DNA of 38,516 nucleotides from Candidatus Yonathbacteria bacterium (GTDB lineage: Bacteria; Patescibacteriota; Minisyncoccia; Phycocordibacterales; UBA1550): NCBI GenBank assembly GCA_016215205.1, contig JACRKU010000005.1, forward strand, positions 1 to 38,516. Direction: 5' to 3'. The translations under genes were made by a program, and so were the position numbers. A model generated the notes under the pieces. That model ran no database searches. It worked only from the letters and a program-made list of their open reading frames with translations, and was not told the DNA's origin. Below, piece by piece: positions 38,376 through 38,516 of this stretch; positions within the stretch are counted from its first letter, which is position 1, and each line of letters starts with the position of its first letter.

Positions 38376-38516
38376 TTGAATAAGTTCACATACATATGAG
38401 AATTCTCTCTGGCCTAAAAACTGGCAAAAATGAGGATTTTCAACAAGTTCCAGAATACCCAAGGATTCATTTCCACGTATACTCATATTCTAAAAACAAG
38501 GAATATGAACGAAGAA
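38376..38516 (+). repeat. 141-bp end of a multi-copy element, with a possible ORF start (MNEE) running off the window
   Basis: Reverse complement of 1-140; contains TATACT and AAGGA before ATGAACGAAGAA. Confidence 0.9.

Overview
The window looks like a whole assembled contig of a small-genome bacterium. Gene content and style (compact type IV pilus/competence cluster with no secretin in the window, shortened RF2, CCA-less tRNAs, long tmRNA tag, apparently leaderless genes) suggest Patescibacteria/CPR, probably Parcubacteria (inference). Core genes: pyrG, ftsX, ftsE, prfB, gatA, gatC, ligA, pilM/N/O/B/T/C/D with five pilins, comF, a pgsA-like gene, an M3 oligopeptidase with a frameshift, recG, a VanY-like carboxypeptidase, a Cache-PAS histidine kinase, ftsH, smpB, tmRNA and pyrH, plus seven tRNAs including a rare tRNA-Ile(UAU). 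Main unusual features: (1) two unrelated free-standing homing-type endonuclease genes (HNH, LAGLIDADG) each use nucleotides 8-10 (UAG) of the downstream tRNA as their stop codon; (2) two homologous 176-190 bp structured elements behind tRNA-Ser and tmRNA, each carrying an antisense copy and a direct copy of its own host's 3' end; (3) an integrase-free BrnTA-like cassette inserted into a peptidase gene with a replacement 3' end; (4) a VKOR gene truncated at a histidine-kinase junction; (5) a structured leader of about 190 nt before the major pilin; (6) identical 140-bp inverted repeats at both window ends. Coordinates were counted by hand and family calls come from motif recognition, not database searches.
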